Source of the DNA: Flavipsychrobacter sp.
Lineage (GTDB): Bacteria; Bacteroidota; Bacteroidia; Chitinophagales; Chitinophagaceae
NCBI GenBank assembly: GCA_037190845.1
Contig: JBBCJI010000024.1
Coordinates: forward strand, 27,455 to 91,454
Reading direction: 5' to 3'
Length of the DNA stretch: 64,000 nucleotides
Shown: piece by piece, positions 22,899 to 30,977 of the stretch
Layout of the letters: every line of letters starts with the position of its first letter
Numbering within the stretch: the first letter of the stretch is position 1
The notes under the pieces: generated by a model
Databases searched by the model: none
Told to the model about the DNA's origin: nothing
The model's input: only the letters and a program-made list of their open reading frames with translations
Made by a program: the position numbers and the translations under genes

Positions 22899-23832
22899 GT
22901 ATCCGTTTTCTTTGAAGGTGGATCAGGTTTTTAATGATCAGCGTCACGCTGGTTATGATGAAGCCGCTTACCAGCAGAAGCATCATTTCGCCGTCTGATA
23001 TTTTAATGAGTAGGGCCGATAGCATGATGACGATGCTGAAAGGTATCACGGAAAGGTAGAAGCCGTTTCTTGTTTTCCGTCCGTGCCAGATGCCCAGCGC
23101 AAACAGGACGACGGTTGCCAGGATCAGGAATGGGAATGCGATTTGTGATTTTCCGAAAATGCCGCTTACCACCCCGATGGTGGCATAGGTGGTGGCCGCT
23201 AACGCAACGGTATGTAGAAACCAGTCCGGTGTTTTTCTCCGGGCAAAAATCATGGTGCCAATCAACACGCCTGTATTCATGATGAATAGCAGGGCGTACA
23301 TAAATGCGGGCGACCAGTGGTTGGCTACCTGCTGGTAGTACAGGATGAAGGTGGTGTTGACTAAGACGAGATACAGCAACCATAAGGGCGGGAATTTTGA
23401 GACCCATGTCCATAAGGTTACGAAGATCGTCCAGGCGAGGAAGAAGTCGTACGCATTGGCGCCGGTCTGGTAGATCTGTCCGTACACGGCAAATAGCACG
23501 CCTGTTAAAACGGATGCGCCGGTAAGGATTATATTTCGGGTGGTGTCGCTGATTCGTGGAAGGAACACGAGGGCCGTGGCGGCAATCAGTAGGCCTTCGG
23601 TCAGCCCAATCTTGGCAAATTTGTGGAGGTCAGCCCAATTGTAGGCAAAGAAGAAAACGATCCCCGCCACGGTAAAGCCGACGCCCAGGCTCAGGAATAA
23701 CAACCGGAAGAATTGCTGCCATGCAGTCTTGTTATTGTACACATTCTCTTTCAGCGCTTTGTCCACGCTTTGCTCCTGCAGGTTGCTATGCCGGGATATG
23801 ATGTGAATGTCTTCGCGTTGGACGTTTTTCAT
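22873..23832 (-). CDS. Polytopic membrane protein, DUF2157-like
   Basis: Cytoplasmic N-terminus followed by at least 8 TM helices. It is the first gene of a three-gene operon. Confidence 0.6.
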   Translation of the reverse strand: MKNVQREDIHIISRHSNLQEQSVDKALKENVYNNKTAWQQFFRLLFLSLGVGFTVAGIVFFFAYNWADLHKFAKIGLTEGLLIAATALVFLPRISDTTRNIILTGASVLTGVLFAVYGQIYQTGANAYDFFLAWTIFVTLWTWVSKFPPLWLLYLVLVNTTFILYYQQVANHWSPAFMYALLFIMNTGVLIGTMIFARRKTPDWFLHTVALAATTYATIGVVSGIFGKSQIAFPFLILATVVLFALGIWHGRKTRNGFYLSVIPFSIVIMLSALLIKISDGEMMLLLVSGFIITSVTLIIKNLIHLQRKRIHENERTGN

Positions 23833-23986
23833 TCATGGATTGTATGTAATAAATGTACAGAAAATACAACACATAGTAGTTTGATGAGGGGACTACTGCA
23901 TGGATTATTGTTGTTGTAAATTGATTGATTATCGGGTGTGTATGTTTTTATGTCTTTGTCTCTTCTGTTTTAATGGGTAGGTAATT

Positions 23987-24824
23987 ATGAAATCAGAAGA
24001 AATAAAGGAGTTGTTTGCACAATTTGAATCAGCGGCAGCAAAGGAGGAAAGTCTTGAATGCTGTAGTGCCCGTGATTTGCAGCATCTTGTTAGGTTATAG
24101 CAAATGGGAAAACTTTGAGAAGGTTATCCAAAAGGCTAAAGAAGCCTGTGAAAATGCAGGTGAGGAGGTGATGTATCACTTTCCTGATGTCAGGAAGGTG
24201 ATCAAAAAAGGCAAAGGCGCTCAGGATGAAATAGATGATATACTCTTAACTCGTTACGCCTGTTATCTGATTGCTCAAAATGGAGATAGCAGAAAACAGG
24301 AAATTGCGTTTGCCCAAAACTACTTTGCGGTTCAAACCCGAAGGGCTGAGTTGATAGAGCAACGGCTTTTGGAATACGAGCGGGTTAAGGCAAGGGAAAA
24401 GCTGAGTCAGACGGAAAAACAACTTTTAGGAATTTTGTATGAGAGAGGTGTAGACAGCCAAGACTTTGCTGTGATCAGAAGTAAGGGCGATCAGGCATCG
24501 TTCCGTTTAAACACACAAATGCTCAAACAAAAAATGGGTGTGCCGGCCAGTCGGCCGATTGCTGATTTTTTACCTACTATTAGTATTAAAGCTAAAGATC
24601 TGGCAGCTGAAATGACCGGTTTGAATGTGCAAAGCAAAGACTTGACAGGGCAAAGCAAAATAGAAACAGAGCATACCGACAATAATTTGGCAGTAAGAGA
24701 TATGCTGACCAAAAGAGGGATTGTACCTGAGCATTTACCTCCTGCTGAAGATGTAAAGAAATTGCAGCGGAAATTGGAAGCCGATGAAAAAAAAGTGTTG
24801 AAGGGTACAAAAAAGAGGAAATGA
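23987..24824 (+). pseudogene. dinD: DNA-damage-inducible protein D (DinD) homolog, disrupted by frameshift(s)
   Basis: The listed ORF (24015..24824, TTG start) matches E. coli DinD from LLGYSKWENFEKV onwards through RYACYLIAQNGD and YFAVQTRR. The DinD-like N-terminus (YEIRRIKELFAQFE...CCSARDLQHL) sits in a different frame (codon phase 1), has no start codon and ends in a stop near 24100. The only ATG, at 23987, is in a third frame and stops after 5 codons. Confidence 0.55.
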
Positions 24825-24900
24825 ACAACGTATAAGCTTTCGAATTGCCGCGGTTTTTATTAATTCCAACATGTGCCTGATTGTTTTATTTTACGGAGTG

Positions 24901-25626
24901 TTATTTGCTCAGGTTGATACGTTCAGACCATTGCAAGGCTGCCGGTAGCTCTTTGTTCGAAAACTCAATATGGATCACTCTTCTTTTTTTGTTGTTTGTT
25001 GTTCTGCCTGAGCTGTGTAGGGTCAGTGGTTTCATGATCATGATGCCTCCTTGTTTTACTTTGCAGGTGATCTCTGATTCTTTTTCCCAGCTAATTGTTT
25101 CAGGTCTGTATATTTTCCGGAGATGTGATCCGGGAATGACACGTAATGCTCCGTTGTATTCGTCCGTATCGTCGAGGTGAATTCTTATGGTGGTTATGTT
25201 CTCCAGAATGTCTGTAGGAGGCTGCACGCCGAACTGGTTTTGTTTCACGGTCCAGGGGCCGAAATCTTCGAGGTTCACCTTTTTGTCTACGGAGATGGTG
25301 AGATCCTGATGGTAGGAAACATACCAGTTTGAGCTTTCCGGTTTGTCGAAATAGATACTCTTGACGATAAAATAGTTGTGGCCAAGGATCTGTTGGATCA
25401 GAGATCTCAGGCGTTCTGTGAAAATGAGTTCGAATGTTTCGGGGATTTCTTTTAAAAACTGCCGGATTGCGAACAGGTCAGTTGATTTTCGGAATGTGTC
25501 TCTTGATGTATCCGCTTCGTTGATAGCCGTCAGGATGTTTTGTACTTCGGTCTCTGTATAAATATCATCTATGATCGCGAAGCCGTTTTCTGACAGGGCC
25601 TGTTTGTGTTTGATAAAATGTTCCAA
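24901..25626 (-). CDS. Phytanoyl-CoA dioxygenase (PhyH) family 2OG-Fe(II) oxygenase
   Basis: 241 aa, with HQD...(H) iron ligands, a YNGALRVIPGSH motif and typical PhyH length. Confidence 0.8.
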   Translation of the reverse strand: MEHFIKHKQALSENGFAIIDDIYTETEVQNILTAINEADTSRDTFRKSTDLFAIRQFLKEIPETFELIFTERLRSLIQQILGHNYFIVKSIYFDKPESSNWYVSYHQDLTISVDKKVNLEDFGPWTVKQNQFGVQPPTDILENITTIRIHLDDTDEYNGALRVIPGSHLRKIYRPETISWEKESEITCKVKQGGIMIMKPLTLHSSGRTTNNKKRRVIHIEFSNKELPAALQWSERINLSK

Positions 25627-25792
25627 TGCGGGTGGGTTGTTGAGTGTGTATGATAAATATACAGAAATGTATTAGTCCAAGGTACTACAGTTATAGGGTA
25701 AAAGGATACAAATATTTTATAAGTTTGTATTGTTCTATCGTTATGTAGCAAATACATTGAGCAGAAGGTAAATTACAAGTCTATACGGGAAT

Positions 25793-26416
25793 ATGATAAG
25801 AAAATACTGGCAGATTACAGGTAAAACCAGCGACAAGATAATAGCCTGCAGCGATACTGATATTATCCGGCTGTATCCCAAGGCTTCCGACGTTCCTGAT
25901 TTTATAAATACACTGCAACAGCACTCCATTCCGCAACGTAGTGCTACTGCAATTCCATACCACTATATCCGTGAAGTACATATGGAAGAGGGTAAGAACT
26001 CTATAAAGCTATTTTACAGCAAGAGCTCTGAAGACGAAATAAACTGTACGGATCAGGAAACTAAAGCTGAAATTTTCGACTTTCTCAAGACTAGCATTCC
26101 AAAGGCAGCATATGCGCGTAAGAAATATTCTAAAATCATGGCAGCCAAAAATCAGCTGATTATCTTACTTATACTGACGCTCCTTTTCTTCTGGGTATAT
26201 GATGTTGCATCTGGTATGGAAGACGGTTATGAGTATGCACTGAGTGCGCATCGTGCAAACGGTATTATAAAGGGGAGTGTTATATTGACTTTGGCCGGAC
26301 TTGGCAAGACAAAATTGATCCTCCTTTTTTCCGGATTATTTTTGACAGGGGCGTTCGCCGCATTCAGAAAAATGAGCAAGCCAAAGATCGTTCATAAGCT
26401 TCTGATGGAAAGATAA
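25793..26416 (+). CDS. Hypothetical membrane protein (soluble N-domain + 2 TM helices)
   Basis: 207 aa with no recognisable motif, in a moderately AT-rich stretch. Confidence 0.4.
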   Translation: MIRKYWQITGKTSDKIIACSDTDIIRLYPKASDVPDFINTLQQHSIPQRSATAIPYHYIREVHMEEGKNSIKLFYSKSSEDEINCTDQETKAEIFDFLKTSIPKAAYARKKYSKIMAAKNQLIILLILTLLFFWVYDVASGMEDGYEYALSAHRANGIIKGSVILTLAGLGKTKLILLFSGLFLTGAFAAFRKMSKPKIVHKLLMER

Positions 26417-26492
26417 CAGGGCGTCCGTTTATCTGCTTTGGTTCTTTTGGTATATTGTTTGCCGCAGAGCACTCGCTGATGAATTTTTCAAC

Positions 26493-27212
26493 ATGAGCAT
26501 ATTCACATACCATCTTGTAAAGACATCTTTTCTTTCTTCGCTGAAGGTTATGCTGTTTCCTCCAAGTGCGAAGCAGGTGCGCGGTTTGCTGCACGCGGAA
26601 TGTATGCATGTTATGACATTGGGGTCGGCGGTTTTTTCTCCTTCCCGGATGTTGATAAGGCAGGTGGCCGTGTTTGCGCAATGGGAAGATGAAACGGCTG
26701 TCAATGATTTTTTAGCGCATAACAGCACGGGCAAAATTTTAGCTAAAGGCTGGCATGTCCGGCTGGCTTTTATGAGGCAATGGGGTAGGATTTCCGGATT
26801 TGATATTCCTGAAGTGTCTGTTGCAAGTGATGATCCGGGTATGCCGGTCGTTGCCGTCACACTGGCGCGTATGAAGCTTCCTGAAGTGCCGCGGTTCATC
26901 CGTTGGGGGCGGCCGGTAGAAAAATTAGTTCGCGATCATCCGGGCGCCACGCTGGCTTTAGCGTCTATACGGTTGCCACGCACGGTGTCTACTTTTTCGG
27001 TTTGGAAAACACAGCGGGAAATGACCGATATGGTACACGGGCATAGTGCCGTTCCTCGTCCCAAGAGGCATATAGATGCCATGAAGGAGCGGGACCGGAA
27101 AGATTTTCATTTTGAATTTACCACATTGCGGTTCAGGGCTGTTTCGGAATACGGAACATGGAATGGGCAACAGAATATTGTGCCTGTTCGCTCTAAAAAT
27201 ACAGCACATTGA
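26493..27212 (+). CDS. Hypothetical protein, possibly DUF3291/CrtA-like monooxygenase fold
   Basis: 239 aa. Assignment by pattern is weak. It overlaps the next gene by 4 nt (ATGA). Confidence 0.4.
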   Translation: MSIFTYHLVKTSFLSSLKVMLFPPSAKQVRGLLHAECMHVMTLGSAVFSPSRMLIRQVAVFAQWEDETAVNDFLAHNSTGKILAKGWHVRLAFMRQWGRISGFDIPEVSVASDDPGMPVVAVTLARMKLPEVPRFIRWGRPVEKLVRDHPGATLALASIRLPRTVSTFSVWKTQREMTDMVHGHSAVPRPKRHIDAMKERDRKDFHFEFTTLRFRAVSEYGTWNGQQNIVPVRSKNTAH

Positions 27213-28066
27213 GATCGGCATACCGGAAGCAGCATTTTCAGGATTGGTTCACGCAGCAATGGGCCATCTGGTGGGGGAGAAATATCAACCCGGAAGATTA
27301 CTCCTGGCTCATGGGGCCGTTTGGTGACTTAGATGGAATCGGCGATCAGTTTATTAGTCAGTTAGCGGAGCGGGAGCAACTGGTGGTGGAACGGAACGTC
27401 ACATCGAGGGGACTGATTGCTTCAATCGACCAGCTTAATCTGACGGATGCTGAGTTGTCCGCATTGTCTCCGAGGGTTATTGATTTCTATGAAAAGACGG
27501 CTCTGTATGATCTTCATTTTTCCGTAAAATGGAATCCGTTTTTTAAAGTTTTTGGTGTGTTGGTTAATAAGATGTTCAGCAGGCGAATCAACCAACTGAA
27601 TATTCCAATAAAGAACTTAAAGCAGGCTGAATTGATAAAAAGCGAAATAATCACGCTTTCGGATGCGGTCTCCGGTGAAGTGAAATATACCATCTGGCTC
27701 AGGACTATTGAGTCGACCGGGCAGATTATTTACTCCGGTATTTATGGCGTATGTACATTGCCATCCGGAAGGGCCTGTATTAAGGCGATATTTCCTTTAC
27801 CCAAGGGAAATGCAACGGTGATCATGTCTCCGGCTGTGGGCGATAATGGTGCGTTGATCCTGGATTCGTCGGGCAGGGGAATTGGCGATGCCGGTTTTTA
27901 CTTCTTATTGAATGATTCCAATGGGAAACATTGGACACGGTTTATCCGTTCTTTCCGGGATAAACTGGTCGTTCGTGAAGAAGACGGTTTTATTGTCGCA
28001 GAACAGACTTTAACGTTGTGGGGTTTGCGTGTGCTTAAATTTAACTATAGAATAAAATCATTGTGA
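27209..28066 (+). CDS. Hypothetical protein (possibly DUF4166-like)
   Basis: 285 aa, translationally coupled to the upstream ORF. Confidence 0.4.
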   Translation: MRSAYRKQHFQDWFTQQWAIWWGRNINPEDYSWLMGPFGDLDGIGDQFISQLAEREQLVVERNVTSRGLIASIDQLNLTDAELSALSPRVIDFYEKTALYDLHFSVKWNPFFKVFGVLVNKMFSRRINQLNIPIKNLKQAELIKSEIITLSDAVSGEVKYTIWLRTIESTGQIIYSGIYGVCTLPSGRACIKAIFPLPKGNATVIMSPAVGDNGALILDSSGRGIGDAGFYFLLNDSNGKHWTRFIRSFRDKLVVREEDGFIVAEQTLTLWGLRVLKFNYRIKSL

Positions 28067-28173
28067 TCCGGGAGGTTTTTTTGAAAATGTGTTACAATCC
28101 TTATCCGGAATGGATTTGAAGGGGTATGTAAATAGTGGGAGAGGCTCATCAAAAATGATGTCATGGCGGATCT

Positions 28174-28194
28174 GATCCGCCATCGCCTGAAGTG
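28174..28194. terminator. Perfect palindrome ATGGCGGATC-t-GATCCGCCAT in convergent intergenic region
   Basis: Seen directly. It lies between the 3' ends of 27209..28066 (+) and 28332..29003 (-). Confidence 0.4.
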
Positions 28195-28231
28195 AAACGA
28201 TCGCTCATAATGCTCGTCCTGATAACAGACG

Positions 28232-28252
28232 ATTCCGGGTCAAGCCCGGAAT
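28232..28252. terminator. Perfect hairpin ATTCCGGG-tcaag-CCCGGAAT
   Basis: Seen directly. It is a second hairpin in the same convergent intergenic region, likely a bidirectional terminator. Confidence 0.4.
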
Positions 28253-28331
28253 GACAGGCATTTTGGTGCGCAGAAGCCTTGAATGGTACCAGCAACTCAA
28301 TGGCTCAATCAGGATACGACATTGATGATTC

Positions 28332-29003
28332 CTAATGTTTATACACCGAAAAAAGATTCCAGAACCGTCCTAAATCATTCACTTTGAATGTCTGACTTTT
28401 TAGTTCGTTCAATGTCAGCAGGAGCTTTTTGTCTTTTTGTTCAAAGAGACCCATGAAGAGCTCGGTTTCATGAATGTAGATTCCCGGTCTGCCCGGGCAT
28501 AAGTGGAAATTCTTCTCGGTGGTTTCCTCGTAGATCAGCACATCCTGCGCCTGGTACTGACCCATCTGTGCGTGATGGGGGATGTTGCTGTTGTAGGCTA
28601 TGGCGAGCAGCCGCGCGTTGCCCGTCTCCGGCAGGACCAGCTCGGGAAATGAATCCCAGTCATTAAATGATTGTTGTCCCTGTGTGTATTTTGAGTAGAT
28701 ATGGGCGCTGATAAAAGGCACTTTTTTGAGATGGAGGGTGTGGACGTCGTTTTCGGCTGCAATCAGCTTGTCTCCGTTGAATTTCAATATTTCGTTGACC
28801 GTCAGGCTGCGACTGATAAAATGATCCAACGGTATGCTAAAATAATTGGCAATTCTGACAACGGTTTCAATCCTGGGTTCTGCCCGGCTCTCCTCATACG
28901 ACGAAATATTCCCCCTGGTAAGATCAAATATTTCCGCAAATGCCTGTTGGCTTAGGCCTTTGGTCGTCCTGATCTTCTTGATGTTACTCCCGATTTTTGT
29001 CAT
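28332..29003 (-). CDS. XRE-family HTH (Cro/C1-type) regulator with C-terminal extension
   Basis: N-terminal IKKIRTTKGLSQQAFAEIFDLTRGNISSYE is a canonical HTH_XRE. The C-terminal ~150 aa are unassigned, with no obvious S24 Ser/Lys dyad. Confidence 0.8.
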   Translation of the reverse strand: MTKIGSNIKKIRTTKGLSQQAFAEIFDLTRGNISSYEESRAEPRIETVVRIANYFSIPLDHFISRSLTVNEILKFNGDKLIAAENDVHTLHLKKVPFISAHIYSKYTQGQQSFNDWDSFPELVLPETGNARLLAIAYNSNIPHHAQMGQYQAQDVLIYEETTEKNFHLCPGRPGIYIHETELFMGLFEQKDKKLLLTLNELKSQTFKVNDLGRFWNLFSVYKH

Positions 29004-29135
29004 ACCCCTTCAGTTCTTTGCAAATAATTTTACAGAAATTGCTAAATATTTTTGCAATAATAAGAAATTTTTCTAACTTCGCTTTAGAAAAGTTTGCTTT
29101 TGTACACCGATAAAAACATTTTGCCTGTGGATTAC

Positions 29136-29519
29136 ATGAATACAATAGAGCAATTTGCTACCAGTCTGGGGTGTCGTATCTCCTATAAAAATGAGCAGGA
29201 GGGGATTCTGAAGCTGGACAATGAAATGGATGGCATCCAGAACCTCATCATCGGCATTGCGCCCCCGATCCTGATCATGGAGCAGTTCCTGTTTTCGTTC
29301 CGGAACGATAATATGGCCATGTTTAAGCAGCTGCTTCAGAAGAACAGGGATATGATCCACGGGGCGTTCGTGATCCATGAAGACGGGACAAAGGTGCTGT
29401 TCCGGTATACGATGCAACTGGAGCGTATCGACCTGAATGAGTTCGAAGGCGCGCTTAATTCTCTGGGACTGCTGCTTAGTGAATATTATCAGCAAATTAT
29501 TTACTTTTCAAAATTGTAA
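29136..29519 (+). CDS. YbjN-like small cytoplasmic protein (putative sensory-transduction regulator / chaperone-like fold)
   Basis: About 127 aa acidic protein immediately upstream of pspA. The antisense ORF of similar length looks unnatural. Confidence 0.45.
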   Translation: MNTIEQFATSLGCRISYKNEQEGILKLDNEMDGIQNLIIGIAPPILIMEQFLFSFRNDNMAMFKQLLQKNRDMIHGAFVIHEDGTKVLFRYTMQLERIDLNEFEGALNSLGLLLSEYYQQIIYFSKL

Positions 29520-29523
29520 TGTT

Positions 29524-30237
29524 ATGAATATCTTCAAAAGAATTTTCAGGATAGGACAGGCCGAAATACATGCCGCTGTGGAGAAGATGGAAGACCCCGT
29601 GAAAATGACGGAGCAGGGGCTTCGGGAGTTGCGGGACGAGCTGACGGAAGCTACCGAGGCGTATGCAAAGGTGAAGGCGCTGGCCATACGTACCGCCAAT
29701 GAGCAAACGGCTTGTCAGAAGGAAGCTGCGGGTTATGCGGAAAAAGCAGTGCTGATCATGCAGAAGGCGCAGAACGGAGAGCTCGACAGTGAGAAGGCCG
29801 AAACGCTTGCTAAGGAAGCTTTGTCGCTGCGCCGGAAGCTGGGTGCGGAAGCGGAAGATCTCGGGCAACAGGCGCTTACGCATCAGCAGTCTGCAAAGGA
29901 GATGTTGAAAAATATCGAGGTGCTGAAGGAAAACCTGGCCAAATGGGAAAAAGAGCTCAAGACCCTCCGGGCGCGTGTGAAGGTGAGCAAGGCTACGGAG
30001 CAGGTGAATAAGCAACTGGCTCATATCGATGCCAACAGTACGATCGCCATGCTGGAGCGTATGAAGGAGAAGGTGGAGGATCAGGAGGCGCTGGCGCAGG
30101 CATATGGTGAGATCGCACAGGCAAAGAATGAACTGAAGGACGAGTTGGATAAAATATTAAAGGATGATACCTTGTCCATAGAAAAAGACCTGGAGCTTAT
30201 CAAAGAGCAGTTAGGCATCAGGAAAAAAACAGAATAA
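29524..30237 (+). CDS. pspA: PspA/IM30 family protein (phage-shock protein A)
   Basis: MNIFKRIFRIGQAEIHAAVEKMEDPVKMTEQGLREL... is a canonical PspA N-terminus, followed by about 230 aa of coiled coil. Confidence 0.9.
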   Translation: MNIFKRIFRIGQAEIHAAVEKMEDPVKMTEQGLRELRDELTEATEAYAKVKALAIRTANEQTACQKEAAGYAEKAVLIMQKAQNGELDSEKAETLAKEALSLRRKLGAEAEDLGQQALTHQQSAKEMLKNIEVLKENLAKWEKELKTLRARVKVSKATEQVNKQLAHIDANSTIAMLERMKEKVEDQEALAQAYGEIAQAKNELKDELDKILKDDTLSIEKDLELIKEQLGIRKKTE

Positions 30238-30246
30238 CAGATCAAT

Positions 30247-30927
30247 ATGCTGGCAAATTTAGCAAACCTCTTATTCCATCCGGTATCGAACGCGATCATG
30301 ACCGTGCTGACGGGCATCACGGCGCTGTATTGGATATTCACTTTTATCGCGGGCGATTTTCTGGGTGACCTGGATTTTTCTCCCGATATCGATACCGGGG
30401 TGGATGTGGATACGGACACCGATGCGGACGTGGCCGACAATGCACCGGAGAAATCGTTCTTTGCCAAGGCGATGGAGTATATCAATGTGGGTAAGGTGCC
30501 TTTCATGGTGGTGTACAGCACGTTCAAATTCATTTCCTGGATACTGACGCTTGTGTCGTCCGTGTTGCTGGGTGCTGCATCCTGGGGCTGGAAGTCGGCT
30601 TTGCTATTGCTGCCGGTGTTTTTTGTGGCGTATTTCATTACGCGTTACGCCACCAAGCCTTTCATCAGAATCTACAGAGCTATGGGCTATACAGGGGAAG
30701 AAGCGCATGACCTGATCGGGCGTGTCGCGCAGATGCGGTCTGCTATTCAGGAGCAAAAGATAGGCTCCGCGGAGCTGGTGATCAAAAATGATGTGATCCG
30801 CATCAATGTGATGAGCAAGAGCGGCGCGCCTATCGCATACAATGCAGATGTGATGATCGCAGAAGAATCTAAAGACAAACGCTATTATCTGGTAGTGCCG
30901 GAAATCAATCTCAACAACGTAGTTTAA
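30247..30927 (+). CDS. YqiJ/NfeD-like membrane protein with C-terminal OB-fold
   Basis: TM helices plus a C-terminal beta-rich domain (GSAELVIKNDVIRINVMSK...). It sits directly upstream of a flotillin gene, as in E. coli yqiJ-yqiK. Confidence 0.7.
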   Translation: MLANLANLLFHPVSNAIMTVLTGITALYWIFTFIAGDFLGDLDFSPDIDTGVDVDTDTDADVADNAPEKSFFAKAMEYINVGKVPFMVVYSTFKFISWILTLVSSVLLGAASWGWKSALLLLPVFFVAYFITRYATKPFIRIYRAMGYTGEEAHDLIGRVAQMRSAIQEQKIGSAELVIKNDVIRINVMSKSGAPIAYNADVMIAEESKDKRYYLVVPEINLNNVV

Positions 30928-30977
30928 CCATTTTCATCAACCAATTTTAAACAATCACACTTAATCATTCAATCTCT

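Noticed and set aside
29073-29495. 140-aa minus-strand ORF antisense to the YbjN-like gene
   Set aside because: It is the mirror of the plus-strand ORF. The plus orientation is co-directional with pspA, and its sequence looks more protein-like. The plus call itself is only moderate confidence.
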